A stretch of 57,360 bases of DNA, filler included, from Sphacelaria rigidula (GCA_964200075.2; 7 parts of 7 records of this genome joined end to end with filler, not necessarily neighbours in it); one strand, 5' to 3'; numbered from the whole stretch's first letter, positions 11,728 to 23,854 are shown. A program made the numbers and translations. The notes: generated by a model not told the origin, from the sequence alone.

Positions 11728-12079
11728 GTGTTACCGTCCCATTCATTTTGGACGCCGGTGTACACCTTTCGGTATTTGTGGGCGCACCAGCCGAGGTCAC
11801 ACAGGAGGAAGGCCAACACAGGAGCTTTTTTGTTTTTTTGTTTTCAGTTCTCCACCTTCCTTCTGCGGTGTTTTCCTTTTTATTTTTTATCGCGAGAGGG
11901 ATTCAGCAGTCCTTTTCCCTTGTCGACTATGAAGTCGGATGTTGTGTACTCACCACATGGTCGCTCTCCATTGTTGCGGATTGTGTGAGAAAAAATACCA
12001 GATCGCTCCGAGATTCGAACCCACGACCCAACCGTCAGAAGGAGTCGAGATTACCAACTGAGCCACCGGAGCTACCGGC
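11728..12079 (-). mobile_element. tRNA-derived SINE (full length)
   Basis: Minus-strand head GCCGGTAGCTCCGGTGGCTCAGTTGG (A box) and GGTTCGAATC (B box, 12012-12021); body shared with four other copies; AC-rich tail. Confidence 0.85.
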
Positions 12080-12353
12080 TTTCATTGCCACCTCATAACC
12101 ACACACGATGGATTCCATATTGCAAAACGGTTCCCGCTCAACGAAAAACAACGAAGATGTTCAAGACACGGTACGTTATGCATACTGCTGGTGTCCTGGC
12201 ATTTCAGAGTGCTGCAGTGTCGGTTGCTCCAGAGTATTTGTAATACTGAGTACTTCCAGGGTTCCTGGAGTATCGACGACTGGAAGAGCTGAGTAGTGCG
12301 CCAAGGCCACACCTTATGTGGCATCAGATTCCTTTCGTTGAAAATAAATTTTG

Positions 12354-12448
12354 CACGGTTAGGACAAATCATCACGACTCAAAATCACCAAATCCACGAT
12401 TTCTTCGGCCTGATTGCCCGAAAGGGAGAAAAAAGTTGATCGCTGGTC
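12354..12448 (+). repeat. Dispersed repeat (second copy 26787-26881), probably a DNA-transposon end
   Basis: CACGGTTAGGACAAATCATCACGACTCAAAATCACCAAAT...GCTGGTCC is near-identical in both places. Confidence 0.75.
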
Positions 12449-12727
12449 CCCACATATCCATAACTCATCGTACATAGAGATGGTTGGAGTTAACACTGTA
12501 GTCTATGAGCTATGCACATGGACACTCTCATCGGAGCAATCTGCCAAGTCTTCGAGAACGTAACGTGGCCCGCGGCTTTCATGCTGACACCCCTCGTGAC
12601 GGGGTCGAGTTTTTACGTCGTTCGCGCTGTCATTGGATATTTCACAGCTGGCGATGGCTTTTGAGCAGGCATGCATATATCTTTCAGTGCCTATCCCAAC
12701 TATTGAGGACTAGTTTAAGTAGGCACC

Positions 12728-13494
12728 GAGAGAGAAAAGGTGCCCGCAGTTTTCTGATTGGCCAATTTTTTATTAAGGAGATTTCTGATGATTGGTGAAA
12801 AATCCCTGATTGACCGGTGACGTCGTCCACGGCGGCGTGACTTCGTTTTAGAAGAATCAAAACATTTAATCTGACCGTGGATGATGCTGTTGTGTCCGCT
12901 GATTGATGATGATTGGTCAATTTAGACATCTACCTCTCTCTGTTTGTCGGTGAGTATAGACAAAAAACTGCTGTACAGACCATCTACTGAAATGTTTGGC
13001 CTGTGTGTCTTGTCATCACACGAAAAGTCATACATACCCAACAGAGAACTCACCGAGCTATAGCAGCAAGCAACAACAGCAGTAACGTGGTTGTTCGTCG
13101 GGGGACGGACGCGGATATATGAAACCACACCGACTGGCCGAGTGTGTGTTGGTTGTTGAAGCACGCGCTTAAACCACCACTCCACACACGGCAGTACATT
13201 CGTCCAACAATAACTCTTCCCCCGCCACAATCGACGCTTGATGGTGTAAGGTCCGATAGTCCAGGGAACTAATATATATCCGTGTACCTGGCGATTCCCG
13301 GGTGATTGGCTAGCGTCATTAATCAACCCATCAGTCCCCCACCACGGTCAGACTGAAATACTTTTATTTTTCTAAAACAAAGTCACGCAGTCGTGGATGA
13401 CGTCACCGGTCGATCAGGGACTTTTCGCTCATCATCAGGAATCTCCTTAATTTTTTGGCCAATCAGAAAACTGCGAGCACCTCTTCTCTCCCTC
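12728..13494. mobile_element. Non-autonomous element with long (~170-bp) terminal inverted repeats
   Basis: GAGAGAAAAGGTGCCCGCAGTTTTCTGATTGGCCAA... mirrored by ...TTGGCCAATCAGAAAACTGCGAGCACCTCTTCTCTC. No clear TSD. Confidence 0.8.
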
Positions 13495-13824
13495 TAGATT
13501 CCGGACAGGAGCGACACCTTGTTGACGAAAAGAAGGCAGACCGGTATAAATCTGGTCTTGCAATACTACCTCATTTTTACCAGGGGTCTACACGTTACAC
13601 GTTCACGTTCACGTTACGTTACGTATGCCACGTTAAATATATTTTAACGTTACGTTAACGTTTGAAACTCCAACGTTACGTTCACGTTACGTTCATCACG
13701 TAAAGAAAATTGAACGTTACATTTCATTACATGTAACGTAATATGAAACGTTTCAATGTCACGTGTAACGTTCGAATGTAACTCTTCACTCCGTGCATGT
13801 CGCGGCTCATTTACCAGTGTTTAA

Positions 13825-13923
13825 CCCTTAAACCGCGGTGGAAGTCCATCTGGATCACTCATACTTTTTTCAAGTGGATATTGATGCCGATTCTGCAGGT
13901 GACCTACCCTCGCGGTCTAAGGG
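13825..13923. mobile_element. piggyBac-type MITE (99 bp) nested in the hAT element
   Basis: TTAA|CCCTTAAACCGCG ... CGCGGTCTAAGGG|TTAA. Confidence 0.85.
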
Positions 13924-14189
13924 TTAAGGCGTTGTAATGTGTCGTGTCACGCGTGATGTTACCGTGTGCGTGACGCTGACGGTGACCCGTCGGCTACTTC
14001 TTACGTACAAAAATAAACTCCATAAAAAAATGCGTTTTTATATGGATTTTTCTCTGGTAAAATTTTTCGATAGCCCAAATCTATCAGGAAAAACAGCATT
14101 TTCCGATAGCTTTGGGCTATCGAAAAATGTTTTTGAAATGCCCTTGAAATCCCGCCGCACGCCAACATATCCCCGAGCCCACGACAGCA

Positions 14190-14790
14190 GCCATGGTGGC
14201 TTGGCTGCAATCACCACTCACTGCTGTCGCTGGTGCTCGCGGGCGGTCAGCGTGTTGCTTCATTGTCCTTCGCTCGCCAGTATCATGGTGGCACTTACCC
14301 CCATGAGAACAGCATAGGGCAGCGTCGATAACAAGTGCTGAACAAACACTCTGTAAGTAGTTTGCACAGACAGTATTGTAGCTCGCAGTTGAGGTCTGTG
14401 CATGCAGCGTGTTGCGAACAGCACTCGCAATGCAGTACAGACTGCCCACGCACCCAAGACTTGTAGAGACGGGACTGCGCTGACTGTACACACAAGACCA
14501 CAGTAAAAGCAATGGTACTGTGGAGTGTCTACAGGGCTTGGGTGCTTGGGCAGTCTGTACTGTATTCAAGTGCTGTTCACAACACGCTGCATGCACAGAC
14601 CTAAACTGAACTACAATGCTGTGCAAATTACATACAAAGTGTCTGTACAGCACTCGTCATCGACCCTGCCCTGTTTGTTCTCATGGGGGTAAGGGCCATC
14701 ACGCTACTGGCGAGCGAAGGACAAGAAAGCAACACGCTGACTGCCCGCGATCACCAGCGACAGCAGTGGTGATGGCAGCCACGCCATCAC
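14190..14790. repeat. ~600-bp imperfect foldback (long hairpin)
   Basis: Arms ~14190-14468 and ~14527-14790 are reverse complements (e.g. CACTGCTGTCGCTGGTG / CACCAGCGACAGCAGTG). Confidence 0.85.
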
Positions 14791-17090
14791 CGCAGCCAAT
14801 GCATACAGTACAGTACTGTTGTGTGTACTGTTGTCCGTGCTGTCCTTCAGTCAAGTACTACCATGCAGTGAAAAAGAACAACTGCCACTTCTACAGCCAG
14901 TCAGTACAGCAAGGCGGTGTTCGTATTGATGGTCTTGCGTCACGGAGCCCACCATGTATTGCTCAGGCAATGTATCACAGCAGTACAGACAGTCAGTACG
15001 GACCGTACACCACGACACGGCAGCAGAGTGCTGCGTCTCTCTCGCGCGCCCCAGAATGTGAAATTATGCCTGCACACCTCATAGAAAACGATAAATACTG
15101 CGTTTCCAATTTTGACGGTGCGTCGATCACGTGAGAAGGGCTACTTTGAAATTTTTTGTGGAAAATCGCTCTGTTGAAAAACGGCTTTTTTGACAACGCG
15201 TTTTCTCAAGCATGAGAGTTAGCCTTGGATGTGGTCAAGATGATTATGATGTTTTGATGCAGTGCTGCAAAGATAACTTAGAATGTCAGGTATGGTGGGG
15301 AGAGCGCGAAATTGCTGCAATAGTACCAATCCTATACCATGATCATTCAAACTCACTCGTGTTTATTGAAGCACAATCTTCTCGGATTCTAAAATCCATT
15401 GCAAACTTGAAGTTTCACCACATCATGTGACGTGTTCATGACGTTTCATGTAAGGTATAACGTAACATGTAACGTAACGTGTAACGTGTAATGCACGTGT
15501 AACGTGTAATAGACGTTACACGTTACGTGAAACGTTTCATATTACGTGATTTGAACGCTTGGGCAATTTAACGTTCACGTTACGTTACGTATGTCACGTG
15601 AAAAAAATTAACAATACGTTACGTCTCATTTGGAAATTCAACGTCACGTTAACGTCACGTGTAACGCTGTGGCACGTGTAACGTGTAGAGCCCTGATTTT
15701 TACGAAGGAGAGGTAATAGAGATAAGAGACCAAAACAAAGCAGGACTGCTGGTCATGCAAAGCTCCGGTTCTGCTGCACAGCCACCCTACTCGATCTGAA
15801 TACGCCGATGAAGGCCGTTTCAAAGGGCATCCAAGGCGGGACAAGACGGGCACCACAGTAGTGGCTGAAGACGTGTTCCCTTGCATCGATGGTTGCGTTT
15901 CGGATTCACCCAAAAGGGAGGCGGGCTGCGACGGAAACTTTCTTCAAATCAACATCAGGTTCCTCAACCATAGAGGTTTCATGTTTCGAAACATTCAAAT
16001 TGGGAGAAACACCGTGAGGAAAGGCTGGACCACACGCCCACCGGCCGGTAAAATGAGCGATACCCGGCAAAATGCAACATGCTCATTTCGGGCAATGGAA
16101 ACAGTGAGTGGCAGTGCGAACGGGGATGGGCTACGACACGAGAGGGATATATTACAACATGAGAGTGATATATGTTTTGCCTGATGAATACAACACAAAA
16201 CTGATTACGCCCCGTTGACAGCGACGCAGATGACTGTGGTGACGAAAGACTCGCAGTATGAATCTACCACCCTGGACAACAGAATACACAGTCAAAAAGT
16301 GTACTGCGTACAGTATCGACNNNNNNNNNNNNNNNNNNNNNNNNNNNNNNNNNNNNNNNNNNNNTTAATTAATTAANNNNNNNNNNNNNNNNNNNNNNNN
16401 NNNNNNNNNNNNNNNNNNNNTCCGTCCCGGCTTTGTCGGGATGCGAGGTCAACGGTCTTATGACTATGGCATGCATGGTCACGAGTACACCCCAGACCAC
16501 GCCTCCCGCCCGCCACCCACCCTCCCACGCACCCGAAGGGGTCGTGGCGATACCAGAAAATGCAGCACCTTGAGCAGCTCATTCGAGGCTGTCATCCATA
16601 AGTACGCTTCGAGACGAATAACCACAGGAGGGTCCAGCTCACCCTTCATACGACTCGCCTGACAAACCACCATGCTTAGCGCTTGGTAATCGTGAGTCTA
16701 GTCCGACGAACACCGGCCGTGCTCCGTCCCTCCGTCATAGGGATGCGAGGTCAGTGGTCTGATGACCACGGCATGCAGACTCATGAGTATCCCCCCCCGC
16801 CCCCCCCCTCCTCAACCGGCATGATCATGAGTTTACCCCCCCTCCGTAACCCGCCCCGAACGTTTCCGCGCGCGCTTCCTTGCGCATACATACTATGCGC
16901 ACTGTAGAGAACGGTGATTCCCAGCTCTTGATTGCGCGACTGAACCGGACAATGCTGCTCCAAAACCTCGGACAGCTGGTCTTCGATGACGGTGACGGAG
17001 GGGTGGTCACATGGGGATGGCAGAGTTCTTCCTCAACAGTCACTGATCAGGTACATAGGTCTACCGAAATGGTGGAATGGAATCACACCA

Positions 17091-17347
17091 GAGTGATGCT
17101 ACGGTAGGGGTGCACAAATCGTTTCTGAGGTTAGAATTGTGAGGAGCCCTTGATCTCATCCAAAACACCACTTAAGAAAATATGTAAAGAACGCCAGGAT
17201 TGCTACTCCAATGTGCTGGGGATATCCCGAATGAATTTGCAAACGGGGATGCCCTGACCCGTATTCTTGTGCACCTAGCATCGTAAGGAGCCCCTGAACC
17301 AGGCCAATCTTTCGCGAAAAAAGTGCACCCCTACCGTAGCATTGCTC
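17091..17347. mobile_element. MITE with GAG...CTC termini and 4-bp TSD (copy 2)
   Basis: TIR GAG(T/C)(G/A)ATGCTACGGTAGGGGTGCAC at both ends; ACCA duplicated at 17087-17090 and 17348-17351. Confidence 0.85.
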
Positions 17348-18539
17348 ACCACACTTCTGAAGCTGGCTTTAGAGAGTTTGAGAGAAAAGCCATGTTCCAT
17401 TTGGAACTACTTGGAACGGACGCTAGGTGCGGGAAACTCCAGGCCGGATGACGTCGTATCACTCCCAGCCCATCCCCCCCTCCACAGGCGACTTGTGTGT
17501 TTTGTCGTGCTTTCACTCTCTCGCCCCATACTCCACCGTCTCCCCTCTTGTTTCGTTGGATGAGCCATAGTCTCATGGATTTCAATCCATCTCTCCCTCA
17601 ATACCTGTACCAGCTGCCCATGCTGCCACTGTTCAGCACTACATCAGTATGATTGTATTCAATGTTGTCGTGAGATTGAGAATGGAGCGCTGAACGAGGG
17701 TGTGTTTTACCCTTCGCTTTAACTGGCCGATTTTTCATGCCTGTGTGCTTTTTCCCGGCTGTATCAGTGGCGTGTGCTTGCAGCTGCTACACGTCGATAT
17801 CCTACTCAGGGTTATCAAGGGCTTCAGTGGCAGGCTGTTGTACCACATAAATCATATCGGGCCTCATGGAGGTGTATTTCGGTACAATGTCGATTCATTC
17901 ACTACTAATTGACCACGTCTCACCCTCAAGCGTATCCGCTTTTCTCAATTTCACGAAAACATTGTAGCTCGTCGACTCCCCTTCATCAACCTGTTTCGTG
18001 ATTCGCACAGGCGATTGTGGCTCTTCGAGTAGACTCCCCGAGAGGCGTTGTCATTGCCGTTGGTCCAAGCGGATTGCCGGCGGGATCCAATCCAAGAGAT
18101 GTCGACTTCAGATCAACAGGAGGAGAAAATCAGTCGTCGGTTGTGATGGCTGCCGATCTCGAAAACGGTGGGTGGAAGGGTACACGAGTCATGCTACGAT
18201 GGGGGGGGGGTATTTTGGGCCGTTTTCTTCCACGAAACTCTACTTCAACTGCCGTCAAAAGCAGCCGGCAGTTGTTCGAACGCGCTTGCTTCCGATAAAT
18301 AACGGTCAGTCATACTCTCTTACACCGTTTTTACCCAAATGCAAGCGCACCGCGAGTGTTTGTGGTCGTTTGATGCATCTATAAGCACATTTTTTCGTGA
18401 AATCGAACGCCCGCCCCCCCCCTCCCCCTATCGGATCATGGCTCACACGTCCGAAAGTGAAAATGGCACCTATGCCCTACCTAGGGTGGTCGAAACGGAA
18501 AGCAAACCAGTGGTGCAAGATTTGATTTTGGGTAACATT

Positions 18540-18908
18540 GTTTGTGTTATCATCCCATGAATCCTTTACGTCAGTCTACACCTTCCGGTATATGTGGGCG
18601 CATCAGCCGGGTCATACAGTAGGAAGGTCAACTCAGGAGTTTTTCTCTTCCTTTTTCTTTTGTTTTAATACTCCTTCCACCTTCCTTTCGCGGTGTTTGC
18701 CTCAATGCTTATCGCTAGAGGGGTTCGGCGATCTTTTCCCCTCGTCGACCGTGAAGCCGAATTTTGTGTACCCACGACATGAACGCTTTCCACTGTTAAG
18801 CATGGTGTGGGAAAAATCCCAGATCATGCCACTGCACCGAGATTCGAAGCCACCACCCTACCGTTAGGAGGTTTCGAGATTACCAACGGAGCCACCGGGG
18901 CGACCGGC
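18540..18908 (-). mobile_element. tRNA-derived SINE copy
   Basis: Homologous over its length to 11728-12079. Confidence 0.8.
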
Positions 18909-19141
18909 CACAGTTGAAGGAAAGATCAATTCCCGTTTTCCTGGTATCAGAATACCCTCGGGTAAATAGGCGTGGAGAAAACAATTTTTCCGTGCACCCT
19001 TGGTGGGTGTACCCTATTTTTATGAGTATCGCATCACCGAAGCACAGAGTTATGCAAATGACTGAATTTGAACCCTATTCAAAGCGGTGACAGCGATTCA
19101 TGAAGTGTACAGCCTGCGATCGTTTGGGTGTGCCCCATTTA

Positions 19142-19589
19142 AAAGCCGATCATCGAAATTGGGGGTGGAGCTTTTTCATTGAGGATGATAACCCGGAAAA
19201 TTGACATACTCGCATCCACGCAAATTCTTTGAGATATGGTTCCATGCTTTCATCTGCTGGTAGCTATTAATAACTGCAATATGTCAGAAAATTTGGATTC
19301 CGATGACCGAAATGTGGGGGTCCTATTAATAGGTGAAAAAGAAAATGTGGGGAATTTGTGTGATTCGACCGGATCACCTGGATCCCGGAGAGTTTTTTCA
19401 CCCCTGGGACCCCCAAATTTCTGTCATCGGAATCCAATATTTTTTTGGCGTGTAGTAGTTGTCAATAGCTACCAGCAGGTGAAGGAATGGAACCTTATTT
19501 CGAAGAATTGGTGTGGATGTGCATATGTTAATTTCCCGGATCATCATCCTCAATGAAAAGCTCTATCCTCAATCTCGATGATCGGCTGT
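19142..19589. mobile_element. Long-TIR MITE; second copy 21636-22491 has a duplicated right arm and a nested MITE
   Basis: GCCGATCATCGA..GGAGCTTTTCATTGAGGATGA mirrored by TCATCCTCAATGAAAAGCTC..TCGATGATCGGC; TA-flanked. Confidence 0.8.
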
Positions 19590-19895
19590 TATATATGGGA
19601 GACTACAAAATAGCACACGCTTTACAATTAAATAGAAGATGAGCCATATACTCCCGTTTCCAAAGGTACAGTGCGTTCGGCGTTGTTGCTCATATCTCGC
19701 ATTATTGGGCAATTCACTAGAGGTCGGTAGAATGGATCGACAAAAGTTACTCGTGAGGTTGGTTATCAATACAACGAGCAGAAAGACTGTACCTCGCAGG
19801 TCATGTGGCAACTCTGTTTTTGTTGTTTCGGCGGGTGCCCGAGAAGATTTTTTTTTTTTCCCAAGAACTGACCTTATACTCACCATAATAGACGA

Positions 19896-20150
19896 GACAC
19901 TTTCTACGATAGCCCCCCCCCCCCAAACAAAAGCGCCTGGTTTGGAGAGGTAAAATCTTCGCGTTGATCGAAATGGAAAAAGCCGAGTTCAACAAGCAGT
20001 TGAGAATTCCCACGGTTGGGTCCGTTCTCGTCAATGTCGCCAATGTGAGCGGCTTCATGCAGTCTGAACCCAAACATCAGGCGCTGTGTGACCATTTCTT
20101 TCGTGACACTTTTGAGCTGGTTTTGAGGGGGAGCTATCGTAGAAAGTGTC
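19896..20150. mobile_element. MITE with 18-bp perfect TIR
   Basis: GACACTTTCTACGATAGC ... GCTATCGTAGAAAGTGTC. The same terminus recurs at ~49079. Confidence 0.8.
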
Positions 20151-20152
20151 AT

Positions 20153-20770
20153 GAGTGAACACCAGTCAAAGTGTTTTGAGGGCCAAACAGTCAGAAGCCT
20201 TTCAAATCGTACTCTTGGTGCAGTTCGTGCACTTGCTACTCGGAACAAGTTGTCCAACTAGCGACACAGGATTTTATGAACTGAGGATGTTTTGTTCTAA
20301 GGACGAACCGTGGGAACCTTCATAAGCATCGAATTATTCTCCAAAGAAAAGTGCAACTACGCACGCCCCGGCCGTGATGTATGCCCTAGCTCATCCTTAA
20401 ATAGCCCATCCCCAATCTGTCAAATCTCGTTTTCATACTGGATAATTTCGACCTCCGTTCATGCCCGCCCAGAAAAAACGTTTCTGATTTGTCAGAAACC
20501 CGTATTAACACGAGGTTTTACCGGTTTGCGGATGGATTGGGTTCCGAATGAGCGAGGGCAAACACCACGGCCGGTGAGAATACTTCGACGATTATTTTGA
20601 AGGTTCCCAAGGTTCATCCTGAAAACAAAACATTATCAAATTGTGAGATCGCGCCATATTTATTGGATCACCTAGTGCGGGCAGCAAGTGCACGAACTGC
20701 ACCAAGTGTACGGATTTGGGGGCTTTTTTACTATCCAACCCTAGCGTACTCTGACTGGTGTCCACCCCTC
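20153..20770. mobile_element. Long-TIR MITE
   Basis: ~185-bp imperfect inverted arms (CTTGGTGCAGTTCGTGCACTTGCT / AGCAAGTGCACGAACTGCACCAAG). Confidence 0.75.
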
Positions 20771-21453
20771 TAGTGTGGTGGTTAAAAGGTTCATTCTTCT
20801 AGAAATGAAGCAGAAAGTTCTTCTCGGCCGCCCCCCGAAACAGTAAAAACAGACCTTCCACGTGAACTGCAAAGTGCAGTTCACGTGGTTGCTGTATCAA
20901 TAGCCCAGCTGACACCTGATGCGTAGCTTGTCGATCCTAATCTTTTCCATCATCCAACTTTTCATGGTGTGTGTAGACACTCCTATGAGGTATGTATGGG
21001 CCGCATCAAGGGGTGATGGGGGGCGTATAATGAGAGGGACGCCGGTAGGGTTTGCCATGAAGTAAACCGTCGGAAACCATGGCATATATCACGAGAATTA
21101 CGCCAGCACGAAAACGATTGGCCTTGGGTGCGTTGAGGCAGACATCTAATAGACAGTGCTGGGAAAAAAAAAGTACATGTCGCAAACGCTGCGTATGCCG
21201 AAGAAGGCTTCTCGCTCCATCAACACAGAGCAAACGTGGGATTGAATATCCAGAGTTTGCTCCGAAGACTACCCCCTAATAATGGTCTCTGATGTTCCTG
21301 CGAAAATCACTTGTTGATAGTGTGTTGGTGACGTTGCCTACATACTCATGGTACACATAGAGTTAGGGTTGAAATGACGATTCTGGGTTCTTGAAGATGT
21401 CGAAGGAGGCGATATTATTCTCGCGCTTGTCGTTGTCTTGCACCCGCTAACAG

Positions 21454-21590
21454 GTTCCATTATCTGGACCTCTGATGAGCTGGACGGCCTGTTGACTGCC
21501 GTGGTCGTTGATCAAACCACTGGGGATGCCTTCTTGGTCGGATTTTCTCCCGACCCTGGTGGCGACGAAGACGCCGTCATGGTCCACAAG
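21454..21590 (+). CDS. Isolated exon, beta-propeller-repeat-like peptide
   Basis: CTAACAG acceptor and AAG|GTGGGT donor; open frame GSIIWTSDELDGLLTAVVVDQTTGDAFLVGFSPDPGGDEDAVMVHK. Other exons not resolved. Confidence 0.5.
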
Positions 21591-21798
21591 GTGGGTATAC
21601 AGTACATACGGTCAAAACACAGATATATCCAGATAACAGACGCTCATCAATTTCGAGGGTGGAGCTTTTCATTGAGAATGAAAACCTGGCGGATTGAAAT
21701 CTTCGCACCCACACCAATTCCTCGAGATATGGTTCCATTCCTTCATCTTCTGGTAGCTATTGGCAAGGACTACACGCCATACAACTTCGAATTCCGAT

Positions 21799-22054
21799 GA
21801 CTAATGCTACGGTAGGGGTGCAGGTTTTGGGCAAAATCCTGTCTGGTTGAGGGACTCTTAACGATTCCAGATGCACAAGATTACGGGTCAGAGCATCCCC
21901 GTTTGTGCATTCATTCAGAATATGCCTAGCACATTTGAATAGTAATCATGGCGTACTCTCACATATTTCATAAGTCGTGTTTTGAATAAGATAAAGGGCT
22001 CCTGACAATTCTGACCCCAGAAAATATTTGTGCACCCCTACCGTAACATTGCTC
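21799..22054. mobile_element. Same MITE family (copy 3, opposite orientation), nested in another TIR element
   Basis: Same TIR; CGAT duplicated at 21795-21798 and 22055-22058. The uninterrupted host sequence GAATTCCGATGGCCGAAA is present at 22261. Confidence 0.85.
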
Positions 22055-22524
22055 CGATGGCCGAAATTTGGGGGTTCTAGGTGATTAAGAAAATGCTGCG
22101 TATTTGCGTGATCCGGCCGGAATTTTTGTATGGCGTGTGATCGTTGTCATTAGCTACCAGCCGATGAAGGAATGGAACCGTATCTCGAAGAATTGGTGTG
22201 GATGCGAGTATTTTAATTCTCCGGGGTTTCATCCTCAATGAACACACGCCATACAAATTTGAATTCCGATGGCCGAAAGTTGTGGATTTCAGGTGAAGAA
22301 GAAAATGTTGATGAGCTTTTACGTGATCCGGCCGGAATTTTGTATGGCGTGTAGTCGTTGTCATTATTAGCTACCAGCAGATGAAGAAATGGAACCGTAT
22401 CTCGAAGGATCGGTGTGGATGCGAATATTCCAATTCTCCGGGTTTTCATCCTCAATGAAAAGCTCCATCCTCATGATGGATGATCGACTGTCAGATGAAG
22501 AAACTTTTACGGAAAGTGTTGGTA

Positions 22525-22758
22525 ACAGCAGCCGCAGCAGCCGCAGCAGTAGCAGTGGGAGAAGTGAGGAGTAAAGGTAGTAGTAGTTGTAGTAGTAGTA
22601 GCAGTAGTAGCAGTAGTAAAGATAGTAGTTGTAGTAGCAGTAGTAGTTGTAGTAGTAGTAGCAGTAGTAAAGGTAGTAGTCGTTGTAGTAGTAGTAGTAG
22701 TAGTAGAAGTAGTAGTAGTAGTAGAAGTAGAAGTAGTAGTAGCAGTAGCAGCAGCAGA
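22525..22758. repeat. (AGT/AGC)n microsatellite
   Basis: Direct reading; it produces spurious poly-Ser and poly-Leu ORFs. Confidence 0.95.
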
Positions 22759-23221
22759 AACATCATGTCTTCATCACTTCTGGATGTGAGCGAATAAACT
22801 ATATACTACGCCGCCCTTTTCACACAGAAAGCAAGGAAGCTAATATTAGAATAAAAAAATGCTCAGAACGCTTATAATAAGCTGTTGTACCAAGGAAGCA
22901 TACACATCCTTGGCAGGCGAAAGCTATACGAATAACCCTGTGGAGGCGATATATATATATATATATATACAGTACGACGGGCATATTCCACGTGTTTCAT
23001 CTTCCGCCATCTTTCCTCTTCGTCTAGTTTTCTTCAGCGCGTATTCCCGTGTCGTTTTCCGTGGGCACGTTTGTCTTGAGAAAACGACTGGATTGTTCGA
23101 GAATAAGCGAGTACGCGACGATCGGCCAAACGATCGATGATGTGACCAGGACACTTTCGGTTTGTCATGAACGTGTACAGAGTATCGACAACGTCGGAAA
23201 CCCCCTCATAATACTGTGAAA

Positions 23222-23631
23222 CAGTGGAATCTCGAAAATGGGGTTGGAAAATAAAATGAGGTTCAACTCAAAAACCGTGTTTTCCCTGACCTAATTTCAC
23301 GACGGATGACTTTCATACGGACGACCTCATCCCTCCCGACCTCCCTAAAACTATTTCGGGGCATTTCCAGCCTTCCGTTCCCCCGAACAAAGCACGATTT
23401 TTGGGCCAAAAGACGTCATTTTTTCACCCCGAAATCGGGGCAAAAGGGTGCTTTCGCACATACCCTTTGGGGGAACGGAAGGCTACAATTCCTCCGAAAT
23501 AGTTTTAGGGAGGTCGGGAGGGATGAGGTCGTCTCTGTGAAAGTCATTTGTCATGGATTTAGGTCAGGGGAAGCACGGCTTTCGTGTTGAAACTCGTTTA
23601 GTTTTTCAACCTCATTTCCGAGAATCCACTG
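23222..23631. mobile_element. Foldback MITE with CAGTGG termini (Tc1/pogo-like ends)
   Basis: CAGTGGAATCTCG ... CGAGAATCCACTG, with ~165-bp inverted arms. Confidence 0.8.
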
Positions 23632-23854
23632 TTTGTAGGAGGTGTCACAGATTGTTCCGCGGACATCTCGTGAATTGAGTGAGTGTTCGGAGCGCGGGCT
23701 ATTTTCCCACGAAAAAAGTGAGGAGAGATCGAAACCTGAGCACATAATACCGGCTTTCCCGAAAATGCTTGGTAAGTGAATGATGGTTGATAACACCAAG
23801 GAACGGAACGGCGCGGTAGAAGGTTCAATCAAGGGTTCCGTAACTGCCTACTAA

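Larger units (their letters stand above)
13581..15695. mobile_element. hAT-type non-autonomous DNA transposon
   Basis: TIR CAGGG(G/C)TCTACACGTTACACGT; 8-bp TSD ATTTTTAC (13573-13580, 15696-15703); ACGT-rich subterminal repeats at both ends. Confidence 0.9.

Noticed and set aside
12000..12079. Functional tRNA gene
   Set aside because: A and B boxes are present, but there is no good acceptor stem and it is attached to a repeated SINE body.
13590..13780. ACGT-rich repeats as a CRISPR array or transcription-factor site cluster
   Set aside because: No constant repeat with unique spacers. They are mirrored at 15430-15690 as hAT subterminal repeats.
16755..16790. Hammerhead ribozyme core (CTGATGA) in the C-tract repeat, suggesting a retrozyme
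   Set aside because: CTGATGA is not conserved in other copies (CAAATGA/CATATGA/CTTATGA), and there is no properly placed GAAA or flanking stems.
22480..22797. Poly-Ser / poly-Leu ORFs
   Set aside because: Translation of an (AGT/AGC)n microsatellite.
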